Under the pieces are notes generated by a model that saw only the letters and a program-made list of their open reading frames with translations, did no database searches and had not been told where the DNA came from. A DNA stretch of 64,000 nt from Patella caerulea (Eukaryota), in contig JAZGQO010000011.1 of assembly GCA_036850965.1 (NCBI GenBank), forward strand, positions 61,815,281 to 61,879,280, written 5' to 3'. This document shows positions 33,758 to 45,287 of the stretch, piece after piece (the stretch's first letter is position 1; each line of letters opens with the position of its first letter). The position numbers and the translations under genes were made by a program.

Positions 33758-36700
33758 TCACTGAAAAGCTCATTGAATGTTCTCTTCAAATATATAAATA
33801 ATTTTCTGGCACATTCATATTTACTTACCTTAATAAGCGATCAAAGTTGGGTGGTACTTTTAACTCTATAGTGAAGGGGGGAGGATTCAATGTCAAAATA
33901 CGGTTCTTAGTACGAAATTCCAGTCAAGATGTTATATATCACTGAAAAGCTCATTGGATGTTCTCCTCAAATATATAAATAATTTTCTGGCACATTTATA
34001 TTTACTTACCTTAATAAGCGATCAAAGTTGGGTGGTACTTTTAACTCTATAGTGAAGGGGAGGGGGATTCAATGTCAAAATACGGTTCTTAGTACGAAAT
34101 TCCAGCCATGATGTTATATATCACTGAAAAGTACGCTGAATGCTCTTTTCAAATATATACATAATTTTCTAGCACATTCATATTTACTTACCTTAATAAG
34201 CGATCAAAGTTGGGTGATACTTAACTCTAAGATGGGGGGGGGTATTCAATGCCAAAATACGGATCTTAGTACGAAATTCCAGCCATTATGTTATATATCA
34301 CTGAAACGCGTGTTTAATGCTCTCTTCAAATATATAAATAATTTTCTGGCACATTCATATCTACTTACTTTAATAAGCGATCAAAGTTGGGTGGTACTTT
34401 TAACTCTATAGTGAAGGGGGGGGGGTATTCAATGCCAAAATACGGTTCTTAGTACGAAATTCCAGCCAAGATGTTATATATCACTGAAAAGTGCATTGAA
34501 TGTTCTCTTCAAATATATAAATAATTTTCTGGCACATTCATATCTACTTACCTTAATAAGCGATCAAAGTTGGGTGGTACTTTTAACTCTATAGTGAAGG
34601 TGGGGGTGGGGGTATTCAATGCCAAAATACGGTTCTTAGTACGAAATTCCAGCCATGATGTTATATATCGCTGAAAAGCACGTTGAATGGTTTCTTCAAA
34701 TATATAAATAATTTTCTGGCACATTCATATTTACTTACCTTAATAAGCGATCAAAGTTGGGTGGTACTTTTAACTCTATAGTAAGGGGCGGGGGTATTCA
34801 ATGCCAAAATACGGTTCTTAGTACGAAATTCCAGCCATGATGTTATATATCGCTGAAAAGCACGTTGAATGGTCTCTTCAAATATATAAATAATTTTCTG
34901 GCACATTCATATTTACTTACCTTAATAAGCGATCAAAGTTGGGTGGTACTTTTAACTCTATAGTGAAGGGGGCGGGGGTATTCAATGCCAAAATACGGTT
35001 CTTAGTACGAAATTCCAGCCATGATGTTATATATCACTGAAAAGCACGTTGAATGGTCTCTTCAAATATATAAATAATTTTCTGGCACATTCATATTTAC
35101 TAACCTTAATAAGAGATCAAAGTTCGGTGGTACTTTTAACTCTATAGTAAGGGGCGGGGGTATTCAATGCCAAAATACGGTTCTTAGTACGAAATTCCAG
35201 CCATGATGTTATATATCACTGAAAAGCTCATTGAATCTTCTCTTCAAATATATAAATAATTTTCTGGCACATTCATATCTACTTACTTTAATAAGCGATC
35301 AAAGTTGGGTGGTACTTTTAACTCTATAGTGAAGGGGGGGGGGTATTCAATGCCAAAATACGGTTCTTAGTACGAAATTCCAGCCAAGATGTTATATATC
35401 ACTGAAAAGCGCATTGAATGTTCTCTTCAAATATATAAATAATTTTCTGGCACATTCATATCTACTTACCTTAATAAGCGATCAAAGTTGGGTGGTACTT
35501 TTAACTCTATAGTGAAGGTGGGGGGTGGGGGTATTCAATGCCAAAATACGGTTTTTAGTACGAAATTCCAGCCATGATATTATATATCGCTGAAAAGCAC
35601 GTTGAATGGTCTCTTCAAATATATAAATAATTTTCTGGCACATTCATATTTACTTACCTTAATAAGCGATCAAAGTTGGGTGGTACTTTTAACTCTATAG
35701 TGAAGGTGGGGGGGTATTCAATGTCAAAATATGGTTCTTAGTGCGAAATTCCAGCCATGATAATATATATCACTGAAAAGCACGTTGAATGCTCTCTTCA
35801 AATATATAAATAATTTTCTGGCACATTCATATTTACTTACCTTAATAAGCGATCAAAGTTGGGTGGTTCTTTTAACTCTATAGTGAAGGGAGGGGGGTAT
35901 TCAATGCCAAAATACGGTTCTTAGTACGAAATTCCAGCTATGATGTTATATATCGCTGAAAAGCTCGTTAAATGTTCTTTTCAAATATATAAATAATTTT
36001 CTGGCACATTCATATTTACTTACGTCAAAAAGCGATCAAAGTTGGGTGGTACTTTTAACTCTGTAGTGAAGGGGAGGGGTTATTCAATGTCAAAATACGG
36101 TTCTTAGTACGAAATTCCAGCCATGATGATATATATCACTGAAAAGCCCGTTGAATGCTCTCTTCAAATATATAAATAACTTTCTGGCACATTCTTATTT
36201 ACTTACCTTAATAAGCGATCAAAGTTGGGTGGTACTTTTAACTCTATAGTGAAGGGGGGGGGGTATTCAATGCCAAAATACTGTTCTTAGTACGAAATTC
36301 CAGCCATGATGTTATATATCACTGAAAAGCACGTTGAATGCTCTTTTCAAATATATAAATAATTTTCTGGCACATTCATATTTACTTACCTTAATAAGCG
36401 ATCAACGTTGGGTGGTACTTATAACTCTATAGTGAAGGTTGGGGGGGAGGTTTATTCAATGCCAAAATACGGTTCTTAGTACGAAATTCCAGCCATGATG
36501 TTATATATCACTGAAAAGCTCATTGAATGTTCTCTTCAAATATATACATACTTTTCTGGCACATTCATATTTACTTACCTTAATAAGCGATCAAAGTTGG
36601 GTGATACTTAACTCTAAGATGGGGGGGGGGTATTCAATGCCAAAATACGGATCTTAGTACGAAATTCCAGCCATTATGTTATATATCACTGAAACGCGTG

Positions 36701-36944
36701 TTTAATGCTCTCTTCAAATATATAAATAATTTTCTGGCACATTCATATCTACTTACTTTAATAAGCGATCAAAGTTGGGTGGTACTTTTAACTCTATAGT
36801 GAAGGGGAGGGGTTATTCAATGCCAAAATACGATTCTTAGTACGAAATTCCAGCCATGATGTTATATATCACTGAAAAGCACGTTGAATGCTCTTTTCAA
36901 ATATATAAATAATTTTCTGGCACATTCATATTTACTTACCTTAA
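33758..36944 (-). repeat. satellite array, reverse orientation, about 18 copies
   Basis: Same monomer as 26548-29437 in reverse complement. Confidence 0.9.
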
Positions 36945-37482
36945 ACATACATTATGGGAGAGCAAAAACTGACTTTAGTCGGTCTTCCTTTGAGCCTCAG
37001 ATGTCATAGAAATTATAAATTAGATCTTTATTTAAACAATAAGCCCAAAATGAACACTGTAGACCCCCGGATGGCTTGGATTGGGCTCGGATTAAAACAG
37101 GATTTCGTCGACTGATTTAATCACTATGGCGTCGTGGGTGGGGTTTCTCCGTGACGTTGACGTCATCTTCCGGAAATTATTCATAAAAGACAGTGATGAC
37201 CGAGGCTATACACAAGCTTCACTAGATACCGTTTAATCATTACTTGATGATCGAGACTATGTAGGTGGAGTTAACGCCTGTCAATCAACAATCGGCCATA
37301 GTGGGAAAAGGGTGTCGATGATTTTAACTACCATTTCTAGTAAAAAATTATAGTGGTAACAACTTTGTTCAGGATAAAGTTATTTGACTGAAATTTTCAA
37401 TATATTCATGTTTCAACATCTATTTTTGAACTTTTATAGCAAGAATGGCTAACTCCTTGTCAAAATCTCCCATAATGTATCT
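36945..37482 (-). mobile_element. TTAA-flanked MITE (538 bp) nested in a satellite monomer, TSD TTAA
   Basis: ccttaa|acatacattatgggagag... ...ctcccataatgtatct|ttaataagc. Uninterrupted monomer reads ccttaataagc. Internal gactgaaattttcaa is the reverse complement of the family core. Confidence 0.7.
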
Positions 37483-37870
37483 TTAATAAGCGATCAAAGT
37501 TGGGTGGTACTTTTAACTCTGTAGTGAAGGGGAGGGGGTATTCAATGCCAAAATACGGTTCTTAGTACGAAATTCCAGCCATGATGTTATATATCGCTGA
37601 AAGGCTCGTTAAATGCTCTTTTCAAATATATAGATAATTTTCTGGCACATTCATATTTACTTACCTTAATAAGCGATCAGAGTTGGGTGGTACTTTTAAC
37701 TCTAAAGTGAGGGGGGGGGGGGGGGGGCATTCAATGCCAAAATACGGTTCTTAATACGAAATTCCAGCCATGATGTTATATATCACTGAAAAGCACATTG
37801 AACGCTCTCTTCAAATATATAAATAATTTTCTGGCACATTCATATTTACTTACCTTAATAAGCGAAGGGA
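37483..37870 (-). repeat. satellite, reverse orientation, about 2 copies, adjoining the right terminal flank
   Basis: Direct read. Confidence 0.85.
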
Positions 37871-37965
37871 GTCGGGGGGGGGGGGGTGTAAGAATGGGAG
37901 ACTTGCTCCAAAATTAAAGTCAATCTTTTATTTAGTTTACCTTAAGGCAGAATGCATGTATATTT

Positions 37966-38008
<43 letters not shown>

Positions 38009-38729
38009 CTCTTGGACAAACTGAATTCGAGCGGTGTGGTGGGGTGGGGCGAAGCGAGGCGAGTGTTTAATGTCAAAATAAGGATCTTAATACGAAATTC
38101 CAGTTATCGTGTCATACATCACCGGAAAGTAAGTTGCAATGGCTCTTTAAATGTACTTGTTATTTTCTGGCACATTCATAATAACACACTTTAGAAGAGA
38201 TAAATAGCCCTTTTATTTTGATTTAAAAATTCGTCGCCATCAGACAATAACATAGTTACTAAAAATAGACTACTTTCAATTTATTTTATTTATCGAAGGC
38301 TCGGATTAGCCCAAACAGAGCACGTGATTTCACTGAAGTCATGGTCATCCAGCAAATTCCTTATTGTATGCTGAGTTGATTTTCCCTAATTGTCTGGTAA
38401 AAGGTCTTAATGTCTGCTAGCTATTGTCTGCCAGCTTGATCTCGGCGGTGGGGTCGAAGCATTAAATTAATGGATTAAGTTATTTTTGGGGTATGTCATT
38501 TAAAAACACCTTTTTACACGGGCCAACCAATGCACCCTCCCTAAAGTCTTGATTCGTCCCGTTTATCAGGTGAATTACGGTAGATTGAATACTGATAGTG
38601 GTAACGTGATAAACACGATTCATACTTTATTGTTTTATTTAACATAGAATTCAACACCTGCCTTTCTCGTATGAAAAACATTATCATAAATATTTCACTA
38701 CAGTCTCGACGTCTTAATTAAAACCATAA

Positions 38730-39125
38730 ACAGACTGACGGACGGATGACTGACATTTTCAAAATGGAAGCTATGAATTGTTTAGGGCAAAGTCAGGCGA
38801 CTGTCAGAAATGAAACAATCGAACAGATAGACGGGCGTACGGTTGACATTTTCAGTTGATGCTACGAAATGTTTAGACGCCAGGCGACTTTCAGGAATGA
38901 AACAATCGAACTTTTGTCAAATAATCATCAAGACTTTCTGAATAGAACGCAACTAGGCCTTCCGAATTGAATTGACACGAAACTTTCCGAATAGAAGCCA
39001 CAAGACCCTCCGAATTGAAGTAACATAGGATTTTCCGAATAGAATCAACGAGGCTTTCCGGACAGAAGTAACACGAGTTTGTCAGAATAAAGCCATAACG
39101 AGACTTTGAGAATAGAAGCTATATG
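38730..39125. repeat. two adjacent tandem repeats: about 100-bp unit x2 (38730-38925) and about 35-bp unit x6 (38925-39125, ...ctttccgaatagaa.c.a.ga....)
   Basis: Direct repetition of cagactgacggacggatgactgacattttc... / cagatagacgggcgtacggttgacattttc..., and of the (ccgaat.gaa...) units. Confidence 0.6.
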
Positions 39126-39144
39126 AGGGGTGGGTGTGGTGAGT

Positions 39145-39360
39145 TATCATCCACTCGACACAAATCCGGTAATTTCGGAACTAACGTATGGTTCAAATTT
39201 CATTTCAATAATTCGATTGCGCGTAGAGATTCTAAGCAGAAGGCGGAAACTTGAGGACCCTGAGGGAACCCGGACGACCATACTCGTTCTTACGTATACA
39301 AGCGAGAAAGCTCAACTGCACACTTGACTCAATGAAAGATCTTATGATTTATACCGCGCT
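39145..39360 (-). mobile_element. SINE-A (diverged, reverse orientation)
   Basis: ...ccactcgacacaaatccggtaatttcggaactaacgtatggttcaaatttcatttcaataattcgattgcgcgtagag... Confidence 0.6.
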
Positions 39361-39433
39361 TCTCATCACCACCCCTCCTCTGAAATATATATGGAAGTAG
39401 ATACAAAGTTAGGTCATAGGTCCATTTTAAAGG

Positions 39434-39553
39434 GGAGAGAGAGAGAGAAATGGGATTTAGCGTCCACTCAACACAAACTAGGTCATTTCGGGACTAACGT
39501 ATGGTTTAATTTTTATTTCAATAATTCGCTTGCGCGTAGGGGTCTTTAGCAGT

Positions 39554-39584
<31 letters not shown>

Positions 39585-39713
39585 ATGAGGTTGAGAAGGC
39601 ACCCCTATCTCCATGCCACATACGCTCACACCGGGGATCGAAACCACCGCCGCAAGCCAGAGGTGACCGGCCAGCTAGAGGTCGAAGCGTGGCACTCTAG
39701 ACCACTAGGCGAC
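39434..39713 (-). mobile_element. SINE-A head type 2, full length, reverse orientation, (GA)n at 39434-39449
   Basis: Reverse complement of the 12516-12809 copy: ...cgaaaccaccgccgcaagccagaggtgaccggccagctagaggtcgaagcgtggcactctagaccactaggcgacc. Confidence 0.8.
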
Positions 39714-40231
39714 CCCCCCCCCATTTTAAAGGTAGCCTGTACACCCAATTGCGACCGGTCATAACGACTGTCGTCTGTTGTATGACAGATAACGGTACCT
39801 AGGTCCCACCTTTAAGAATGCATTTAAAGTTCCAATTTCATATTTTCTAAGAAAGTCAAAACATAATTATTTCTATGTCTTTTGCTCAAATGGTTGTCAA
39901 CTCACTATTATACGATCATGGGCAAAATTTTTTGGGCATTAGAAAGGCTGACACCGATTGATTGAGGAAATAGTTACTCAATTACCTCCCTTGTTTTCCC
40001 ATTCCTCTCCATGGACGGCCATCTTCAAACGTTTGAATTTGAAGTTGAAATTTCTCAACTGGCAATAGTGAATTATAGGATTAATAGGATTATTCTTTAA
40101 CATGGTAGGACTGTTTATAGGTACAATCTATTTTGGGGCTTTATTTTAATACATTTTAAAAATATAACTTTAAAAAATGCTATTGGAGCTTTAATTTACA
40201 TGGGCCTTATGCAAGAAAGAACTGGGATGAA

Positions 40232-40450
40232 ATGAAATGGGATTTGACGTTCACTATCCTGGGCTAATGAAGAGCGACATACGACATACAATGTGTCATG
40301 AAGGAAATGTTGCCCAGGCAGCGGTGCTACGGCCTACCGGTACTCTTTTAACGAATTCCAACTGCCATACACGCCAATGTGTACAAGGGGACTGCTTCTC
40401 GTTCCATCCGAGCAACTAGACATATGTCCTCCGCTCTGACTAACACCGAG
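40232..40450 (-). mobile_element. SINE-B (reverse orientation)
   Basis: gaaatgaaatgggatttgacgttcactatcctgggctaatgaagagcgacatacgac...ctaccggtactcttttaacgaattccaactgcc... Confidence 0.65.
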
Positions 40451-40929
40451 AGCGAACATGCGATCTTTTCTAGAAAGAAATAGTTATATGAATATGATAC
40501 CGAGTAGGTATGTTTTTCAAGAAGATCAATTGCATTGCAAAATTATCAAATAAATCTTACAAAGATACGAACCAACTGAAATTACAATTCAAGTAGAATA
40601 CATTACACAGCAATCTAATTAACTTTAGTGTTTATGCCTTTAAATTAATAATAAATCTAATATGTAATAAGACCGTTAATATATCCGTACAAGTTATTAA
40701 ACGCCGAACACACACGCACCATGATTTCAATTCCGTCTTTTATTCTCTCAAAATATACCAAATCTGGAAGAAAAAATCGCTTTCACAAAATTTTATGATC
40801 GGAGCACAAAAAACAAAAAACTCAAAAGGACGCACTTCCTGTTGTTATTTCAGCCATAATCCTAAAAACAAAATGAAGTGTTTGTTAGATAAATGAAAAT
40901 AAGTCTGAAGTTGATTTTCGACCTTACCA

Positions 40930-41240
40930 CACCAATTGAATACTGCTTTCAAAATATCAACTCTCGATATCATCAGTAGCGTGCGATATTTACTGGCTTA
41001 GGATCCGATTAGCTGCTCTACTTTCATTCATTATTAAATCGTGAAATGGATAATCGAGATTATGGTTTTTTTTTATCGTACCGACTTTACTAAAATGATG
41101 ATCGAGGCTAGGTTGAAAATTAAATCGCTAAATTCTCGGTTCAGAGTGAATCAATGTTACCGAAATTGTCAACAAATTGCCTAATATCTAGTTTTTTATA
41201 TATTATATTATATCGAGGACTGTCAGCTCTTTCAGGGGCG
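40930..41240 (-). mobile_element. TTAA-MITE family, partial copy, reverse orientation
   Basis: Reverse complement contains ...gttgacaatttcggtaacattg...agcctcgatcatcattttagtaaagtcggtacgataaaaaaaaaccataatctcgattatccatttcacgattt. Confidence 0.5.
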
Positions 41241-41282
41241 TAAATGTGCCCCCCCCCCACAAAAACATAGTCGGTCGCAAAA

Positions 41283-41350
41283 TCAGTGCAGTCGGTCGGG
41301 TCGCAAAATCAGTGCAGTCGGTCGCAAAATAAGAGCATTCGGTATCAAAA
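41283..41350. repeat. about 22-bp tandem repeat (tcggtcgcaaaatcagtgcag) x3-4
   Basis: Direct read. Confidence 0.5.
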
Positions 41351-42547
41351 TAAGTGCTCACTGTATACCTCAGGCTACTCACGCAAAACTTTAGTATAAA
41401 ATAATCTTGTCAACTTATCATGTTTGAAAAGATGTTGTGTTTCACTCTCATTTTGTTGTGAGTATGTTGGTCTATAACAACAAAATTTCACCCAAGAAGA
41501 ATATCCTCTCGTTAACGGGAATTTGGTTCCATTTGCCATGACATTGATTCAAATTTTCAAGCTTAGTGCCAAAAATTTAAAAGCTCTGTTACATATATGA
41601 AAATTTTTCGCGATTCCATTATAACATCATTCTTCTACTCGATTACATATCTGTTTTTTTTTTTGCGGAACTGCTCGATTCCATTTTAAAATGATTCTTC
41701 TACTCCTAAATTGTCTTATACTCCGCAATTAGTCTTCCTGCAACATTCTGCTATGCACTGGTTAATTGGACATAATAAAATCGCGAGCCATGACGTAACG
41801 TTATGTAATGAGCTAATTAAGGCGTAATCATTTTAGACATAAAAAATAGATTTCACAAAATTAAAACATTTGCAATGATAGGATAAACCTATTCCCCAGC
41901 CCAATTCAGTTATCCCAAGTAAAACATATTGTTTTTTAAAACATCTTCATACGCATGCTACCCAATCCCTTCCAAACATCCCGAATAAAAAAATATTGTT
42001 TAGAAAAGCATGCTACGTTTCGATACACATACAGATGTGTTTTAATTAAACTGGTTACTGACATACTAATAAACAGCACTTGTTACACGATTATTCAATT
42101 ACTTCAACTCAACGATTTTCCAGTTTAACCAAATATGCTAACATATTGAAGTTCCTTTTATAAATTTAATTATTGAAGCTAGGTCTGTTCAATATCACGT
42201 AATTTAATTATGTAAAACTAACACTAACCATCACTTACTCGGCTTCTCAAATCATCCACATCAAAAGACGATATGCACCGATGTACTTCTAGATTATATC
42301 AAAGTAAACCCCTAGCTTTGGATGTTCGTGGTTTGAATTTTGTAATCTTCACACAGAAAGTACTATACCGATTGACCAAATGCAGTCATATACTATTAAA
42401 TATTTAAAGAATGTTAACAAATTACATGTTAAGTTAATTTCGGAAATATGGCACCTTCCATACACCAATGGGCATCTCCTTATACCAGAACCCGTGGCCT
42501 CACGAATGCCCAGGGAGTGCTTCATAGAATAACGAAAATGAAAATGA

Positions 42548-42770
42548 AATGAAATGGGGTTTAACGTCCTACTGTTCTGCTCCGATTGAGCTAATTAAGG
42601 CGGACATACATCATACAGTGTCGAGGAACATTTTGCCAGGGCAGTGGCACTATGACCTACCCTTATATCCAATTCCATCTGTCAATGGATATGTTGCGTG
42701 CACGCAAATATATACACGAAATCTCGGTTTTACGTCCCATCCGAATGACTAGACAACTATCCTTGCCAGG
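42548..42770 (-). mobile_element. SINE-B (reverse orientation)
   Basis: gaaatgaaatggggtttaacgtcctactgttctgctccgattgagctaattaaggcggacatacatcatacagtgtc...ctacccttatatccaattcc... Confidence 0.65.
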
Positions 42771-44558
42771 CTCTTCTTTTTTAGACTAACGGAAGACGAA
42801 TAAATAATTTTGAAAATTGACTATAACGTAATAAAACAATGATTTTTTGCGTACCCACAGTATACCGGTAATTAGATGTAGCACGGTATAGATTGGGGTT
42901 TGGGAATTAAATGCTTTTCTGTCTGAACTTGGATAATGACCACAGGCATGTGCTTACTCGTATTTCAATTTTTATTTGTAAGGGATTCCAAACATTGTGA
43001 CAATATACAGGACGTAAGAACAACTAGACCTTTTATCTTTTCCAGTCTGAACCACTGACAAGGGGGAGACCTTCTCAGACAACACTTGGAATCGAACCCG
43101 TGTCGCACTGGATACAGATTCGTCACCATACTTGATGGACAGGTGTGGGTTATAAAGCGGCACTTTAGACCCAATCTGTACCAAGGTTTCTCACGTTTGG
43201 GAGGAATTTATACGAAATTAAATTACTAGACAAAGAAATCAAGCCCAACTGTACTAAGGTCCTCAAGTTGGGAAATGTAGTTGAATTAAAATTTTACTAA
43301 GTAAGGAAATATACTAATTGTTTCTATTCGTGTTAGGTGGCCATTTCAGTTCCATCAAGATGTTGTTTAAATATTTCTAATCTATTATTGATAGGTGAGA
43401 ATATAATCAGGTACATGTCATGTATCTAGATATGATGTTGTACAGGTGACGCATAGGTAGGTAGATACAGAGTCATTAGGAGCTAAGTGAGAGCGACGCA
43501 ATGGCAGGTTTTGCGTCATGGTTTTGCGTTTTTGCGCCTCTTTGAGTTTTGGCGCACCTTGCAAACGGTTAAAAGTCATACGGTTTAAATGCGGTTTTCA
43601 ACAATATAATCATAATTATAGACTCGAGCATGTTCCACACAGCCAAATATTACTCGACGACGGCGCTGGCTTTGGCTCAACCGCACACACATATAAATAT
43701 TGTTTTTGGGGGGCCCGGACGAAATCGTATTCCTCATGCAAAATCATGGTCCACCATGTCCCCGAGAGCCGTCGATTCGTTACCCCCGCGTAGTCAAAAT
43801 GGGACATTGATCGGATACTGGGGGCTCTGCGCGGCACGAATACAGGCCTTGTCGACATAATATGTTTTTAGATACATGTGGCACATTGTGGTTTTATCGG
43901 CCACAGGGACGATACACCGACCACACAACATATCATACGACACACCTGTGCTTGCCTACTCTATTCTTGAAGTAGGTACACATTATGTAATCGTATGACA
44001 ACATATCTTCCACACGTTGAGGTTAGATATTACAGGTTTACAGATTTAACGTAGATTGGACTACGGCGGTCCATGGATTGTATTCCCATTATCTTGATAT
44101 CCAAAGAAGAACTATTTCAAATTTAGCAGGAAGAGTAAACACCGGGGATAAATTTTGATAATAGAGTTATACGCCCTTTAACGCACAAATAGTCTAAGAC
44201 AATGTATTTAAATGACCTGGAAAAAAGTGATAAATGGTTGAGACTTTACTTATAAATTGCTACTTGAATAATAACAATTGTATCCAGGTGTCGATGTTTA
44301 TTTAAACAGATTAACATGTTTTTACCTGGTTATAATTCTCTTTTATCTTTTATTCTCTATTGTTGCAGCAAACAATTGAATGATTTTATTATTCATCTGT
44401 TGTAAACCAGGTACACCATGATGTGACATAGCGCGTATTAAAGGGCACATTTATCAAGGATCCAGGTGTTCACCGTTCACAATGTACAATTAACATCCTA
44501 GTTACGTCATGCAGATTCTAAGATAGTTTCAGGATCTGTATCTCATTGGCATACTTAA

Positions 44559-44903
44559 AGATACATTATGGGAGATTAGTTAAAGAGCTGGCAGTTCTCA
44601 CTATAATAGTTTTATAGATAATGTAAAGGGATTTTGCTTTTGATTTTCGGGTTAGCCTCGATCATCATTACTAAAGTCGGTACGCTAAAACAACATAGTC
44701 TCGATTGTCCATTTCACGATTCAATGAAAGTTGAGCAGCAAATCGGATCTTAATCCAATAAATATCGCAGGCTAGCAATGACATCGAGAGTTTATTATTT
44801 ATGATCTGGATAAGTTAACTAATGTCTAATTAATAATTTTGATAATATTTCAGGCCACAGAATGACCTGCAATAGACAGATTTTGCTCTTGTATAGTGTA
44901 TGT
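44559..44903 (+). mobile_element. TTAA-MITE family copy
   Basis: cttaa|agatacattatgggagattagttaaagagctggcagttctcactataatag... Confidence 0.6.
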
Positions 44904-44907
44904 AACC

Positions 44908-45287
44908 CAGGGGCGTTTTAAGGTTTATCATGGCGGAGGCTAAACTATTTTGAGGGCCCTCTTTCGCGGGGGTCCGGGGGTAGTCTTGATTGATGACTTT
45001 CATACCAGTGCAATGACTGCATTCTCATTCAGTAGTGGATTCGACAGTAACAGTGTAAAGAAAACGATTGACTCGGACTCGATGGTCCTTTCCCTTGGCC
45101 AGAGGGGCCCTTTTGTCAGAGGAGGGGCCCTTTTGTCTGCTTTTAGGGCCCTCCCTAACTAGTGTACATTTCATCTTTCTCATCGGTTTTAGCATTTTTC
45201 TCCCGTTTTATTTGTTCAATTTCTTTGATTTTTTTTGCGAGGAGGCTGGCGCCTCCAGCGCCTCAGCTATAAAACGCCTTTGATGTA
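44908..45287. mobile_element. about 380-bp MITE-like element with TIR ggcgttttaa... / ...ttataaaacgcc, GC-rich interior
   Basis: caggggcgttttaaggtttatcatggcggaggc ... gcgcctccagcgcctcagctataaaacgcctttg (reverse complement match). The ORFs inside are probably spurious. Confidence 0.45.

Larger units (their letters stand above)
25968..38446. mobile_element. 12.5-kb foldback-like composite element: about 590-bp terminal inverted flanks (about 98% identical), inverted arrays of an about 180-bp satellite, and an exact 9-bp flanking direct repeat ggtggggtc
   Basis: 25968-26545 is the reverse complement of 37870-38446 with only a few mismatches. ggtggggtc at 25959-25967 and 38447-38455. Internal arrays run forward from 26548 to 29437, then reverse to the right flank. 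Confidence 0.6.

Noticed and set aside
26548-37870. Regularly spaced about 180-bp repeats that could look like a CRISPR array
   Set aside because: This is eukaryotic DNA. The repeat unit is 180 bp with no unique spacers, the monomers are contiguous, and there are no cas genes. It is a satellite.
37952-38194. ORF with a poly-Lys run
   Set aside because: The poly-K is the translation of the (A)36 homopolymer in the foldback terminal flank.
43518-43860. Three overlapping ORFs on both strands in a GC-richer patch
   Set aside because: The stop-poor region comes from local GC richness. The frames overlap on both strands, there is no recognisable domain, and there are no clean splice or start signals. 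The region is unresolved and not called as a gene.
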